Of a DNA stretch of 64,000 bases, positions 50,616 through 62,987 are shown in pieces. A model generated the notes under the pieces. That model worked only from the letters and a program-made list of their open reading frames with translations. It ran no database searches and was not told where the DNA came from. Source of the DNA: Lingula anatina (lineage: Eukaryota; Animalia; Brachiopoda); assembly GCA_051362555.1 (NCBI GenBank), contig CM120648.1, positions 12,210,587 through 12,274,586 on the forward strand, read 5' to 3'. Within the stretch, counting starts at the first letter, position 1. Every line of letters begins with the position of its first letter. The position numbers and the translations under genes were made by a program.

Positions 50616-53600
50616 GGCGAAAAATGTGCTACTGGAACAAACTCCACCCACCCTCAAGCACCTGTGGAACAGCTAACTGAAGCAACCCTTCAACAAGCCG
50701 CCCAGGATGTTCAAAATGTGACCAATACAGGAAAACAAAATACATGGACACGGGAGGAGTATAAACAAGTTATGGAAGCATACATCATAGCTCAGCTCAA
50801 ACCATCGAGTGTGAGCAATACCAAGCAGACATACATGATATGAAGGAACGCCAACCCCACATCTAGACCAAATATCGACACAAACAAACTTGCAAATGTG
50901 AGACGAGACATTGTCAAGAACAAAAGACTGTCACACACAGAGATTGAGAACATCAGGAGTAAGATAAGAGAAACTCTGACAGATACTGAAAACAACCAAG
51001 GAATAGAGCAACCACATGTACTTGAAACAGTAGACATAGAAAATGAGATTGATGACAATAGAACTGAACCCAGCGGGCAAATTATGTTGTTTTAACGTTG
51101 AAACAACGTTGAACCATGACGTTGAGAAGACATTAGATAAACGTTAGATTTGAAAGTTGTGTCAACCTCAGATAACAACGTTGTATCAACGTCAGAAAAC
51201 AATGCTATATCAACCCCACTCAGCGGGAAATAAGCCTGGATGTGTTTAGCAGTAGGGCATGTTTGATGGCTAAATATATGTAGGGTATAAATGTATGGCC
51301 TTTAAGTTAAAATTATCACGTTTTCAATAATTAATATTTTAAATTACAATCCATAACTGCAAGGTTGTGTCATTGACCAAAATACAACGTTGAGTCAACG
51401 TAACATTATGACGGTGTTTCGACGTGGCTGGATCAAAGTTGATTTTACTTTGAATTTAGGTAGATCAACGCCAATTCAACGTATCAACCTGTTTTCAACT
51501 TTGATCCAACGCAACTATGCCTGCTGGAAAGAACCAGAAAATAGCAACAATGACGAACAAAGTGAAAGCTATTTAGAATTGAAGGAGAATGTGATGAGGA
51601 AGTGGGAAGAACTCAAATACCAGGAAATAAAAGACAGAGACTCCCTTAGTAAGATCAACAATGACAAAACAAAAAGACCAAGACCCTCATCAAACAAGCC
51701 AACAAAGCTTTGGAAGACATCAAAACAAGTCATCAAGATGAAATGGATTTGACATCCATCAACCAATTGTGCTATGCAGCAGCATCAGTTGTCACAGAAA
51801 TGACTGGCATAAAGAAACAGAAGAAACAAAGAAAAAAGAAAACAACCAAAGTGGAAGGAAGACAGAGAAAGACATTCAAAGAAAACGAGGTGACCTGGCA
51901 CTACTGACAGATATGGAAAATGAAACTTTGTTAAATCAAAGGAAAATCTGTCAGATGAAGAAGAGATACTCCATCAAAAGAAAAGATGATATCCCAGAGG
52001 CAAGAGAGAAGTTAAAGCAACAAATCCAAGCCAAGGCCCAAAGAATGCGAAGGTATGAGAAGAGAGTAAAACAATTCAGACTAAACAAACTCTTCAAAAC
52101 AGACACCAAGAAATTCTACAGAGAATTGGGAAAAAATCAAACAGAAATCTAGGAACCACCAACACTACTTGAAATAGAAGAATTCTGGAGCAAGATCTGG
52201 GAAGATGAGAAAACGCGCAATGTCACCGCAGAATGGATAAAGAAAGAAGAAGAAAGAACCAGTTACCAAACACAACAAGAATGGAGAGATATTCAGAAAT
52301 CAGAAGTCACCCTAACACTGAAAAAAGCAAGCAACTGGAAATCCCCTAGAGTTGACAAACTTACCAACTTTTGGCTGAAACAAATGGAAGCTCTACATGT
52401 AGATCTGGTCAGACAGTATACAGAAATTGTCAATACACCAATGAAGAGTCCCACTTGCCTAATGCAGGGCCTAACCTATCTGCTACCCAAGACAGATGAA
52501 ACTAAGAATCCAAAGAATTACAGGCCAATCACTTGTCTCCCAACCATGTACAAGATTTTGACTAGTATCATTACCGAGAGAACCTACACCTTCCTCGAGA
52601 TAAATAAGTTGCTACCACCAGAACAAAAAGGGTGCAAAAGAGGCAGTTATGGATGTAAAGATCAACTCCTGATGAACAAAATGATCCTAGAAGATTGCAA
52701 AAACAAAAGAAAAAATCTGAGCACTGCATGGATTGATTACAGAAAGGCATTTGACAGCGTGCCTCACACATGGATCCTGAAGGCCATGGAAATATACAGA
52801 ATATCGCCAACAGTAATCAATTTCATGAAAACAAGCATGGACCTCTGGAAGACCACCATGGTACTTACTCACACAGAGGGCTCAATGACCACCAGACCAA
52901 TCCAAATACGAAGTGGCATCTTCCAAGGGGATTCTCTCTCTCCAATTTTGTTCTGTCTGTGTCTGGCTCCACTGAGCATAATGTTGAACAACACTGGGCA
53001 CGGATATGAGATACAAGGACACAAAGTGAGCCATCTCTTCTACATGGACGATTTCAAGACCTTTGCTAAAAATGACAACCAACAAGAGAGCTTGCTGCAA
53101 ACAGTCAAAACATTTAGTGACGATATCAAAATGAAATTTGGTTTGGACAAATGTGCAAAGGCTACTTTCAAGAAGTGAAAGCTCACCAAAACATCTGACA
53201 TGCAACTTGACATCAACACTGTAATTAAGGAACTGGATCATGAGAATGCTTACAAATACCTGGGAGTCAGTTTAGGAGATGGAATGCGACATTCAAAGGT
53301 AAAAGAGAAAATCAGAAAAGAGTACTATCGAAGAATCAAACTTGTCACAAAAAGTGAACTAAACTCAGCCAACAAAATTGAAGCAATCAACACCCTAGCT
53401 GTACCTGTGGTATCATATAGTTTCAACATTATCAACTGGCAACTGAAAGAGATCAAAACGCTGGACACAAAAACGAGAAAACTGCTTACAATGGAGAGAA
53501 TACACCACCCAAAAGCTGACGTAGAACGACTATACCTTCCAAGAAAGATCGGTGGAAGAGGACTGTCTCAAATTGAAATGGCCTACAAAACAACAACAAA

Positions 53601-54681
53601 AGGACTCAATGCCTACTTGGAGACAACTCAAGACGATCTGTTGAAACCGGTATTCCAGCATGAGAGAGACAAGAAACTCTACTCTGTGTCACGGGAGGCT
53701 CAGAATTTCATACAAGAATGAAATGTAACACCAACGACTATGAAAGACCAGGAACAAGTCACAAACTTTGCAAAGAGAACCAAACAAGCAGCAAAGGAAT
53801 GTGGTCTAAAGAAAATGACAGAAAAATGGGAAGAAAAATATGGACAATACCCCAACAGAATCAAGAAAGCCGAAGTGGAACAAGAACAGACACATCAGTG
53901 GCTACAAAGTGCTGGCTTGAAGGCTGAGACTGAAGGAATGATGATCGCTGCACAAGATCAGAGTCTAGCAACACGATCCTACCATCACCGCATCATCAAC
54001 GATGGAACAGACCCTAAGTGTCGCATCTGTAATGAATTCGAGTAGACTATCGATCATATAGTCTCAGGCTGTCCGTCACTTGCAAGAACAGAATATATCC
54101 AACAATACGACAAGGCGGCAAGCTATATCCACTGGAAAATATGCAAGCATCACCAACTCCCAGCAGCAGAAAAGTGGTATGATCATCAACCACAGACAGC
54201 GAATGAAAACATCACAGTACTCTGGGACATGCCGGTGGACACAGACAGAGAATTCTTGCAAATAGGCCAGACATCATCATCAAAAACAGACAAGAAAAGA
54301 CATGCATCATGATTGACATGACAGTCCCATCTGAACGAAACGTATCCATCAAGGAAGTAGAGAAGCTAAATCTGGAAATTGGAGTGTCTAGAATGTGGGG
54401 TATGAAGACGACAACAGTACCTGTTGTAGTTGTAGCACTGGGCCTTATCAAGAAAGGACTGGATAGGCAGGTCCAGCAAATACCAGGAAGCCCAACTGTC
54501 CGAGAGCTGCAGAAAATAGTCTTGCTTGGTAGTGCGCATATCATCAGAAAGACGCTATCCATCTCATGAACACTAAAATCGCCTCAGTCATGGTATGACT
54601 CCGGCATCTTAGTAATTACCAAAGGTCACAAGAATCATCACATAATAATAATAATAATAATTATAATAATAATAATAATAA
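50614..54681 (+). mobile_element. R4/Dong-clade non-LTR retrotransposon (RT plus restriction-like endonuclease), pseudogenised
   Basis: N-terminal WTREEYKQVMEAY. RT motifs NYRPITCL, EQKGC, WIDYRKAFDSVPH, GIFQGDSLSP, YMDD, FGLDKC. CCHC knuckle CRIC..E*TIDHIVSGC. Endonuclease motifs NRPD..IDMTVP..KE.EK. (TAA)n on both sides; several stops and frameshifts. Confidence 0.9.
51069..51528. mobile_element. CMC/EnSpm-like MITE inserted in the retrotransposon ORF
   Basis: cccagcgggca...tgcctgctgga termini; AA on both flanks; many aacgtt subterminal repeats; removal restores the frame NRTE-EPENSN. Confidence 0.82.
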
Positions 54682-55091
54682 TTGTGCAAAATATTAAAGC
54701 CTAAAATCTAAAATAAATAATATTGCCCAACAGTCGTATACCAGGAAATACCTAGTACAGCTAAAAGGGAACTCAATATCGATTAAAATTAAATGTTAGT
54801 TTTTTCTGAAGAGCAATCTATTCAAAAGTCCAAATTCAACATTTTCAAAATTAAGCATAATATCTTTTCAAAAGGTTACTTTTTAAGATTTGCTTTGAAT
54901 GCGGATTGTCAATACTATATCCAATACTAGTCAATACTATTTCTGTCAACAGCAATAGCGCAATATCAAAAGAAGTATCCGCCAGTGTCGCCTGTCATTG
55001 AAGACACAATTTTGCGTCTGTCAAGGATGTGCAGCAAGATCTACTACAGCAATGCGTTATACAGAGGCTGCACCGGTACAGCAATCACACT

Positions 55092-55139
<48 letters not shown>

Positions 55140-55378
55140 ACGAAATAATTCACACACGCCCAAACACATACACACATACGCACTTGCACGTTCCGCCGAA
55201 TGAACACTCATTGACCCTCTCCACACAAAAATCAACATTTCTCACGTTTATCTTACAGTCCACGGCTTAGTATTTTCAGTTCAATTTAAACATTTCCTTT
55301 GGCTCCGGGCTTACAGAAGAACATGTATTTGGCTTTGGGATGGTGTTAACCGTGTCTATCCTTTTTAACCCCGCCCCC

Positions 55379-55425
<47 letters not shown>

Positions 55426-55525
55426 CATTTATTTATTTATTTATTTATTTATTTGTTCATTTTTTATGTGCAATGATTTATCCTATTTATATAACATCCA
55501 TTTTATTTATTTTTTGTTTCATTAG

Positions 55526-55791
55526 CAGTGGCGGATTCAGGGGGAGGTGTCATGGGGTCTTGCCCCATCTTCGATTTCTAAAAAAATCATACCAATGGTC
55601 CCCTCTTGAATTTAGACTTTTGACCAGCTGAATCATACTGCTAAACAGTACTAAATGACACCGTTCGCTCTCTAAAATACCAAAATTTTTCGGGGCCCTT
55701 CAGACGGCCCCCAATATCCTGCCAAGAGAGAGGGGAAGGGTCAGCTTCGCATCCACGGACCCCCCCTTCAAATAATCCTGGATACGCCCTG
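55526..55791 (+). mobile_element. Non-autonomous element with CAG termini and 5-bp TSD ATTAG
   Basis: cagtggcggattcagg...cctggatacgccctg; partial copy at about 50287-50447. Confidence 0.8.
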
Positions 55792-55797
55792 ATTAGA

Positions 55798-56275
55798 CAG
55801 GGCCGTAGCCTCCGGGGGGGGGGGGGGGGGGGGGGGGGCAGGGGGGGCAGCTGCCCCCCCTGGGATTTGAGGTGCAAAAAAAAAAAATAATAATAATCGC
55901 AAAGGTCGTCTGAAACTGTGAACACGCAAAAGCATGGCAGAGGAACGCCTTAGCGGATTGGCTCTCTTGCTTGTCCACAGAGGAAGAAACGTAATTCCTG
56001 ATCCTGAGACAATCTACGAATGAAGTCCAATTGGCGTGTTGTGTTGAAAAAAATGACTGTACTTATGGCAAAATGAACCCACAATTTCTGACTTCTGATT
56101 GAGTAATAAATAACAGTTAAAATGCACCAGAATGCAGTATTATACATACAGTTTCTAAAAATTTTCCACACCAAGGGAGAGGGACACCCCCTCCCACACC
56201 CTCCCCCCTCGGGGGCTTTGCCCCCTCTTGTCCGCTTACTGCCCCCCCTGGCATTTTGCTCAGGCTACGGCCCTG
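55798..56275 (+). mobile_element. hAT-type deletion derivative with 5-bp TSD TTAGA
   Basis: TIR cagggccgtagcct...aggctacggccctg; internal remnant RLKL*TRKSMAEERLSGLALLLVHR resembles the hAT C-terminal dimerisation motif. Confidence 0.85.
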
Positions 56276-57556
56276 TTAGATATGTCATTTGAACAATATG
56301 GCCCAGTACAAATTACCCCCCCCCCCTCCCCCAACCTTGCGCCTATCCACCCTGGCCCCAATGCTCAGCTGAAATACCATACCAAATGAAGGAAAAAGTG
56401 TCCATAACAACAGTAAACAAGATCGTTTAGTGGGCATCTTTAGGAAATTAGATGAACATTCGAGATTAAGCGTCAAAGCATCTTTATCAGATTTGCCTTG
56501 CGTCGTCAGCTTCCGATACTTACAGAAATGTTTGCCTGTGTGATTTCCGATTATGAGGAGAGAGACACCTGTAAAACCTACGGAACATTTCTGTGTCTCT
56601 TTAATTTTAATCTACGTCTCCCATTGACAAGCACGATTAAGGAATCAATTGTATCATATCTTGAACGCCGGTAAGACAATCAAATAAATCGCGACTTAAA
56701 TGCGAACTCTGTATTCGCTGAAGAGATTTATTTTCTAATGAAAAGGGTTTATTTTCAGGTTGAGATTAAGTAAATCGCTCTTAAGTCTGGCTTCATTTTA
56801 ATTAAAATGCTTAGGGTCGAAACAACAGCTGAGTGAAAAGTGAATTTCAATTTAAGTATATGCCTGTCTTTTTACGGCTGAGGGGAGTTCGGCGGTGCGA
56901 GCGTATGGGGCGGAGGCTGGGGAAGATATTTTCAATTATTTTTCATCTTCATCCGGAAGGCTGTTAAACAGAAGATAAACAAAGGATTTAAATCAGCTCT
57001 TAGGAATCTGAGTCAGTAAAGAAAGAAATCCGCCGCTCAGCGCTCGAGTTCAAGCATCAGTGGATTCGCATCTGGTCCAAATATTACTCGGGTTAGACTG
57101 TCTCCAGTCAGGTGGAAAATCTTGCTTATTGGCGCAGAAACTCTCTGGATCTACCCACAGCATTAGCGGACAACCTGATAAGTTTTTGGCGACTGGCAGA
57201 AAAGTCTAACCTGTTCTTTTTTCGAGGTAGTTTTGGCGAAAAAGAACTGGTACAGCACCAACTGGGGAAAATCGACTGTTGAAGGATTTGCCGAATGATA
57301 TTTTCCACATCATGTTATAACATTGCTGAAAATACTTCGTAATTGAAGACATTCTGGAAGATACAGGACTGATTTACGAGTAGGCATCCGGAAAACTACT
57401 GTGCTGACTAACAGGAAGAGACATTTGGTAACACACTAGATCTTCTACTTTCAAAAGTACCCCCAATCTGATGTGAATTAAGAAATGGTTAAGAAGGAGT
57501 GGAGCATTAAAAAGAAGTTACAGTTTCTGCATTAGAAGGCTGTTTTATTTTGTGAT

Positions 57557-57680
57557 ATGTTTCGATGCCAAGGAAACGCAAACAGGATGACGGCGTCAAG
57601 CTTTGTGTCAGTTAACAAATTGTCTCTCGTACTTGGGGCTGTCTTGATTTGCGCCATCTTTACGCTGGTTGTGCACATGG
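57557..57680 (+). CDS. CHST11: Carbohydrate sulfotransferase, coding exon 1 (cytosolic tail plus type II TM anchor)
   Basis: MFRCQGNANRMTASSFVSVNKLSLVLGAVLICAIFTLVVHM, then a |gtaagt donor in phase 1; alternative ATG at 57587. Confidence 0.75.
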
Positions 57681-57722
57681 GTAAGTTAGACGTCAAAATG
57701 AAATGAATCACCTTCATTTTAA

Positions 57723-58099
57723 AGATGCATACAAATTCAAGTTTTTGTCACAAAAACCACCCAAATGCCAGCATATAGTTTCAAGTAGTATAACTAAGAG
57801 AATTACCAAAAGGCATTGTTTAATTTTACCCGAAAATGATGTTTGAACGGATTTTTCTGCTGGCATTCTAAGCTGTATGTCAATGGGGCAGGAAAGTAGG
57901 TCACGAAAGTAGGTTAAATTTACAACCAAAAATTTAAAGAAAGGAGCAGTCTAAAGGTCTTTTATGGCTGATCGAGTGATCTATTCAGTTTATCCCTTGG
58001 CATGTCGAATTTATTTGAGTCATATAAGAATCTAGTAGAAGTGGTTTACATGCTTTACTGGGAATCCACGCCCCACCGATGCTCGGTTCGTATGTACCT
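57723..58099 (-). mobile_element. Kolobok-like TTAA element in sulfotransferase intron 1
   Basis: TTAA on both flanks; reverse complement of 15296-15675. Confidence 0.85.
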
Positions 58100-58626
58100 T
58101 TAAGTGTCTTTTCCAAAGTCAAGAGAAACATACATGGAGGCCTCTACATTATGTGTCTTGCAAACGACTTGATTCAAATTAACGTATTAGCTGCAATGCC
58201 TTTGCCAAAGTATTGCAGCATTCGATCCAGGATTTTACACTTGCTTCAAAGTCTTGGGCTAAACTAAATCTGACATCACAAAGAGCACTTAACGATGTTG
58301 GTCTCTGAGTTTTTAAGAATAAAAGGACCTCAAGAAATGTAAATTTGACGAAACAAAAACGGTAACAGTCATCACTGAGAGTAAAGACCTTTGTTAAGAC
58401 CACAGTTTGCTTAAGGGCCCTTTTTTGGAGGGGGGTGGGGGTTGGAAAACTCCGGATGAAGTTTACGCCCACACCATTTAACTACGTAGAGAAAACATTG
58501 CTCAATCTAACTTTCATTCTTGAATGGATGAAAAATTCATACAAAGAAAGACTGCACATTGATGCGCATGCATGCCTTACATTGCGCGTTTTAGCTTTTT
58601 CCGACGCAAGTAGCAATATTTTATTT

Positions 58627-58707
<81 letters not shown>

Positions 58708-58901
58708 AAATTACCATAGTTTCCTTAAAGCGCACTTCTTTGGCGTGAAATACGGATGACTTCCAGACTTTCAGACTCTTTCTGAAATGAATACTGAAGT
58801 CACTTTTGCGTTTGGCCGCAGGTACTTATGGTTGATTGCCTCCTAAACTTGCTACAGAACGCAGCGCTTCTGGGTCAGATGTGAAAGATGAACAGAACTT
58901 A

Positions 58902-59041
58902 CCCTCTACCAGGGCCGCAGTTATTATTGAGGACATTTTTGGCTGAAGCAACATCAGACATCAGACCAAATGACTGTCTATTTATCTAGAGACATATCTG
59001 TGAATATATGTGGAAAATTAATCTGTCGCCCTGGTAGAGTG
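58902..59041. mobile_element. MITE, CCCTCTACCAGG family
   Basis: ta|ccctctaccaggg...ccctggtagagtg|ta. Confidence 0.8.
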
Positions 59042-59675
59042 TAAACAGAACTTGGGCACACGGCAATTTCTACATGCAGCGAGCCTGCGTCATTTTTTAG
59101 TTACGCTAAATAGGGGAAAATAGAAGGCCAAGTAACATCTATTGTAACAAAATGGTGTTAACATCTTTTTTTGATTCATTTCTTGTTGTTTTTTTTTCTT
59201 TGAATTTTTGTATAAGTGCCGTTTAGCACTTTCTCGTTGAAGGTAAAAAGGAGAGGGGACAGCTAGAAGTTTTGTTATAGGACCAAAAATAAATTTCTGC
59301 GTTCCAGCGAGAAAAAAAGCGGGGGAAATATTGCAATGGTTAAGGGGATCGTTCATGGGTTATACTGTCTTTAATCATACTCATTTCTTTACCCAGTCTA
59401 TAATTTGTGTAATATCTACATTTGTTATATGTTTTCTTATTACCGAAATTACATTCCTGATTGAATAATAAGAATAAAAAAAAAAAGGAGAATTAAAATG
59501 TTTTCGAATGTAGGCCACCATTAAGTCGACTCGAGCAAATTCTGCTCACGGGCCTTTACCTAGTAAACACATTTGTGCAGAAAACCCACTGGTGAGTCAA
59601 AAACTATGCAAAAACATTGTGCTTATTTCGAAAATGAAAATGAATTTTATTTTTTTCTGTCTTGAAATCTTGCAG

Positions 59676-59764
59676 CCACTGTGACGCAATTAAGCGTGCT
59701 ACCTTCAGATTCACGGTGCATCCAGGGTGCCAGTACTGCACAGAATGCCACTGTGAAATACAGG
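59676..59764 (+). CDS. CHST11: Carbohydrate sulfotransferase, coding exon 2 (stem)
   Basis: Polypyrimidine tract plus ttgcag| acceptor and agg|gtgagt donor; phase 1 in and phase 0 out bridges exons 1 and 3 exactly; (A)TVTQLSVLPSDSRCIQGASTAQNATVKYR. Confidence 0.75.
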
Positions 59765-60765
59765 GTGAGTGGCATTTGTTCATTTTGGGAATCTTTATTG
59801 GCATAGCATCTTCATCTTAGGGCCATCCATTTTTATAATCCTTCTCAGAAGTTTTCAAGGAATGCTTACTTTTTCAAGACCCCACTCCGCCTTTAGAGTA
59901 CAAAAGTGCAAGGTGAAAAGCTAAAATTGATGGGGGGGGGGGGGGGGGGGTAAAATTATCCTTAGTGAATGAATCTTGACATTTTTGCTTTTTTGCTTGG
60001 AAAATAAGATCGTATACTTAAAATATGAGTGTATGGAGTAGCTACACATCTCGACTTTATTCTCCCCAAAATAACGCATGAAAGGGTCTTTGCCCCAGGT
60101 ACTGAGCTATTAAATTCCCCCGATTTTAGGGGCATTAAGTGTGGCTTCCACTGTTCTTCGATGCACATTAAAGCCGGAGCATTCAAAAGCATAGCATCTA
60201 GGTCTGACAGTGGCATTGCTGTCTTTACATACGAAAAATATGAAAATTAAAATTCCCAAAAATATCAAGACTTCAACCCTTCATCGTTCAACCCTTTTGT
60301 TCTTGTATCAGGTTTTTTATCAAACAGCCACACTGAAGAAGGGCGTATTTGCATGACCTAAAAACAACACAAACTCCGTTTTATCTTCTTGTAGCATATC
60401 GTGTAATTATATTGTTCTAACGCACTGGCCTAATTTTTTGTTCTTTGGAGATAAAAAAGAACTTAATTTGAAAATTTCACTTATGCTCAGGCTGAACCGA
60501 TAATAAACCAAGTGTTGACTTGGAGTTAAAGATGTAGCAAAAAAATACTTATATTTCTGATAGGTCCTTTAAACTGCCATTCTATTAATTTCATTCATTC
60601 ACCCTCCCAACTGTTTTTTATTCTTTCATTTTGTTAATCATTCATTCATTCATTCGTCATTTAATTTATTTTCAAACAATTGACAAAGTATATTTACTTA
60701 TTGTATAAAGTGTTCATTCTTTTTCTTTTACTTTTCTTAAAATCCATACGATAACTTCTTTGCAG

Positions 60766-61629
60766 GAATTAATTCCTAGTCAAAAAAACAAAAATGTTCC
60801 ACAGGAATGGCGGGAAAAGATGCGCAGACGCACTCAGCACGTTAGGAACACGTGCAAGAAGTATCATCTGCAACGAGACTTCAATGACAACATGATTGGC
60901 CAGTTTTATGTGGAAGATCGTAGCCGAATTGTCTTTTGCTCCATACCCAAAGTCGGTTGCAGTAATTGGAAGAGGATAATCCTAGTACTGTCTGCTAATG
61001 TAAATAAAACTGATCTAAGAAGCTTGGATCAGTTTGAGCTCCACCACGGCAGCATACAATATCGACTGCAGCTCCTTTCCTCATTCACAAAATTCGGGGT
61101 TCGTTTTCGTTTAAAACATTACTTGAAGTTCATGTTTGTGCGCCACCCCTTGGAGAGGATACTGTCCGCTTATCGAGACAAACTGGAGACTGGTGATAAC
61201 GTTTATTACATGAGATCTGTTGGCAAGCAGATTGTGAAAAATTTCAAGGCGAACGCTTCTAAAGCGGAATTGGAAACAGGGTCCAATGTTACTTTTACAG
61301 AATTTTTGAAATTCATTCTTTCTGAGCATAGGAAAAACATACAACTCGATGTTCATTGGAGACCGTATATGGAGCTGGCTTACCCTTGTGCAATAGCGTA
61401 TGACATCGTCGGCAAATACGAAACCATTGAAGAGGACGCCAATAACATTCTGCGTCTCATATCAGCAGATCACGTGGTCAGGTATCCGCCCTCCGAGCAG
61501 ACGTCAAAAACTAGCGACCTAGCTAAGCGATACTACGAGAAAATTGATAAAAAGTTGCTGCAAGAGGTGTGGGCCATATACGCAAGAGATGCTGAGTTGT
61601 TCGATTATAAGCTGGATAAATTTTTGTAA
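60766..61629 (+). CDS. CHST11: Carbohydrate sulfotransferase (CHST11-like, Sulfotransfer_2/HNK-1 family), catalytic exon
   Basis: ctttgcag| acceptor. PAPS-binding motifs FCSIPKVGCSNWKR and FVRHPLERILSAYRDK, plus DVHWRP..YPC.I.YD.VGKYET. AATAAA at 61647. The symbol indicates family resemblance, not proven orthology. Confidence 0.93.
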   Translation, partial: ELIPSQKNKNVPQEWREKMRRRTQHVRNTCKKYHLQRDFNDNMIGQFYVEDRSRIVFCSIPKVGCSNWKRIILVLSANVNKTDLRSLDQFELHHGSIQYRLQLLSSFTKFGVRFRLKHYLKFMFVRHPLERILSAYRDKLETGDNVYYMRSVGKQIVKNFKANASKAELETGSNVTFTEFLKFILSEHRKNIQLDVHWRPYMELAYPCAIAYDIVGKYETIEEDANNILRLISADHVVRYPPSEQTSKTSDLAKRYYEKIDKKLLQEVWAIYARDAELFDYKLDKFL

Positions 61630-61773
61630 ATTAGTTTATTTTCATTAATAAATGCGCATTGGCTATAGGCTGAATCAGTCCGTTACTTTTTAATACTTTT
61701 ATTAAATTCCTAAGAATTATGTTTGGTTGAAAGGGTTGAACCGAATTTAAATAAAGAGAAATTTTGATTTCTA

Positions 61774-61889
61774 CAACATTGGTCAAAAAGGTTGTCCCAC
61801 CCCCAGTTCCATGTGCTTTTATTTACAAATGATCACGTCACTGGTGTAAACTGGAATTAGGGGTGGGACAACCTTTTTGACCATTGTTG
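61774..61889. mobile_element. Internally deleted copy of the 43222 Tc1/mariner-type MITE
   Basis: caacattggtcaaaaaggttgtcccacccc...ggggtgggacaacctttttgaccattgttg. Confidence 0.82.
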
Positions 61890-62937
61890 TTTAGTCAAAA
61901 TCAACTCCTCCATTAAACGGTCCCCAACGGCTTTTGAAAAAAATGTGGAGTGGTTAAGGAGGAGGGGGGCTTATATTACATTAGCCTTTTCCTTTTTCCC
62001 CCAGTTTGTATCAAAGTTTCACTCTCCTGGAACGATGAATAATAAAAAATAATTCATATTCTAACCACACAAAGGAACATACGTTATTGTCACAAATGCA
62101 AAACGTCCATCTGTAGAAACGTTTTACTCACTTTGAAAATCCAACCATCACTGGTTTTGTTCTTTGATTTATCTCCTACGGTGTAAAGAATTATGATAAT
62201 CTTCTGTAATTTTTTTTTTTTTTTTTTTTTTTTTTGGGGGGGGGCGACTTTAGATTGCTTGTCACTAGATTTTATATAAAAGGTCGTAAAATAAGCACTG
62301 AATAATATTACATCAGAAATGTCAAACTATCATGGAATCACAATATATTTATCAGTCAGCAACAGAAAACACTATTTTATACATGCATTGTAGGCATATT
62401 TGGATAACTTAGAACATGCAATACCAAATGACCTATAGAAACTGATTCAATGCGAAATATACTAGAGAAACAAAATTTTACTTTGAACTTAAAGAAAATT
62501 AATTGTAGAGAAAGACTTGAACAGGATTGCAGTTTATGTGTCAATTTGTATCTGAAAAAAATCCGCGCTCGGTCCTGGTTGCAACATATAGTAAAAGCTT
62601 TTTGGTTTATAATTTGGAGATAAATTCGCCAAATTGTGATAGTTGAGATCTACCATTTCACTTAGATGCCTGATACATCGTTCGGGATGCTATGATACTT
62701 TTGAAAATCGCGAGTCTTATCACTTTTGATAGGTGAGATAGCATGGAATGTGTATTTGTGGTAATAAACAGCTTGTCTCCCCGCCACACGCTTACCACTT
62801 CTACTTTGAATGGCCTGTGACATTTCTTTTCAGAAAATGCTATTTGAAACCATGTGATGGCATATTATTTTCATATTAAATATGATCTGTAAGTGGCAAA
62901 ACCTTGACTTTGCATGTAACTTTTATCATTTTCACAA

Positions 62938-62987
<50 letters not shown>

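Noticed and set aside
52384-53178. 264-aa RT ORF as an active or domesticated gene
   Set aside because: It is one fragment of a retrotransposon ORF broken by stops, frameshifts and a MITE.
4461-58719. Many ORF-track entries rich in CV, HT, ER or poly-K/N/I runs
   Set aside because: They are translations of (TG)n, (AG)n, (AAT)n and homopolymer tracts.
60312-60344. Possible extra sulfotransferase exon (tatcag|GTTTT...GGGC|gtattt)
   Set aside because: Weak donor, and its phase does not fit between the phase-0 end at 59764 and the phase-0 start at 60766.
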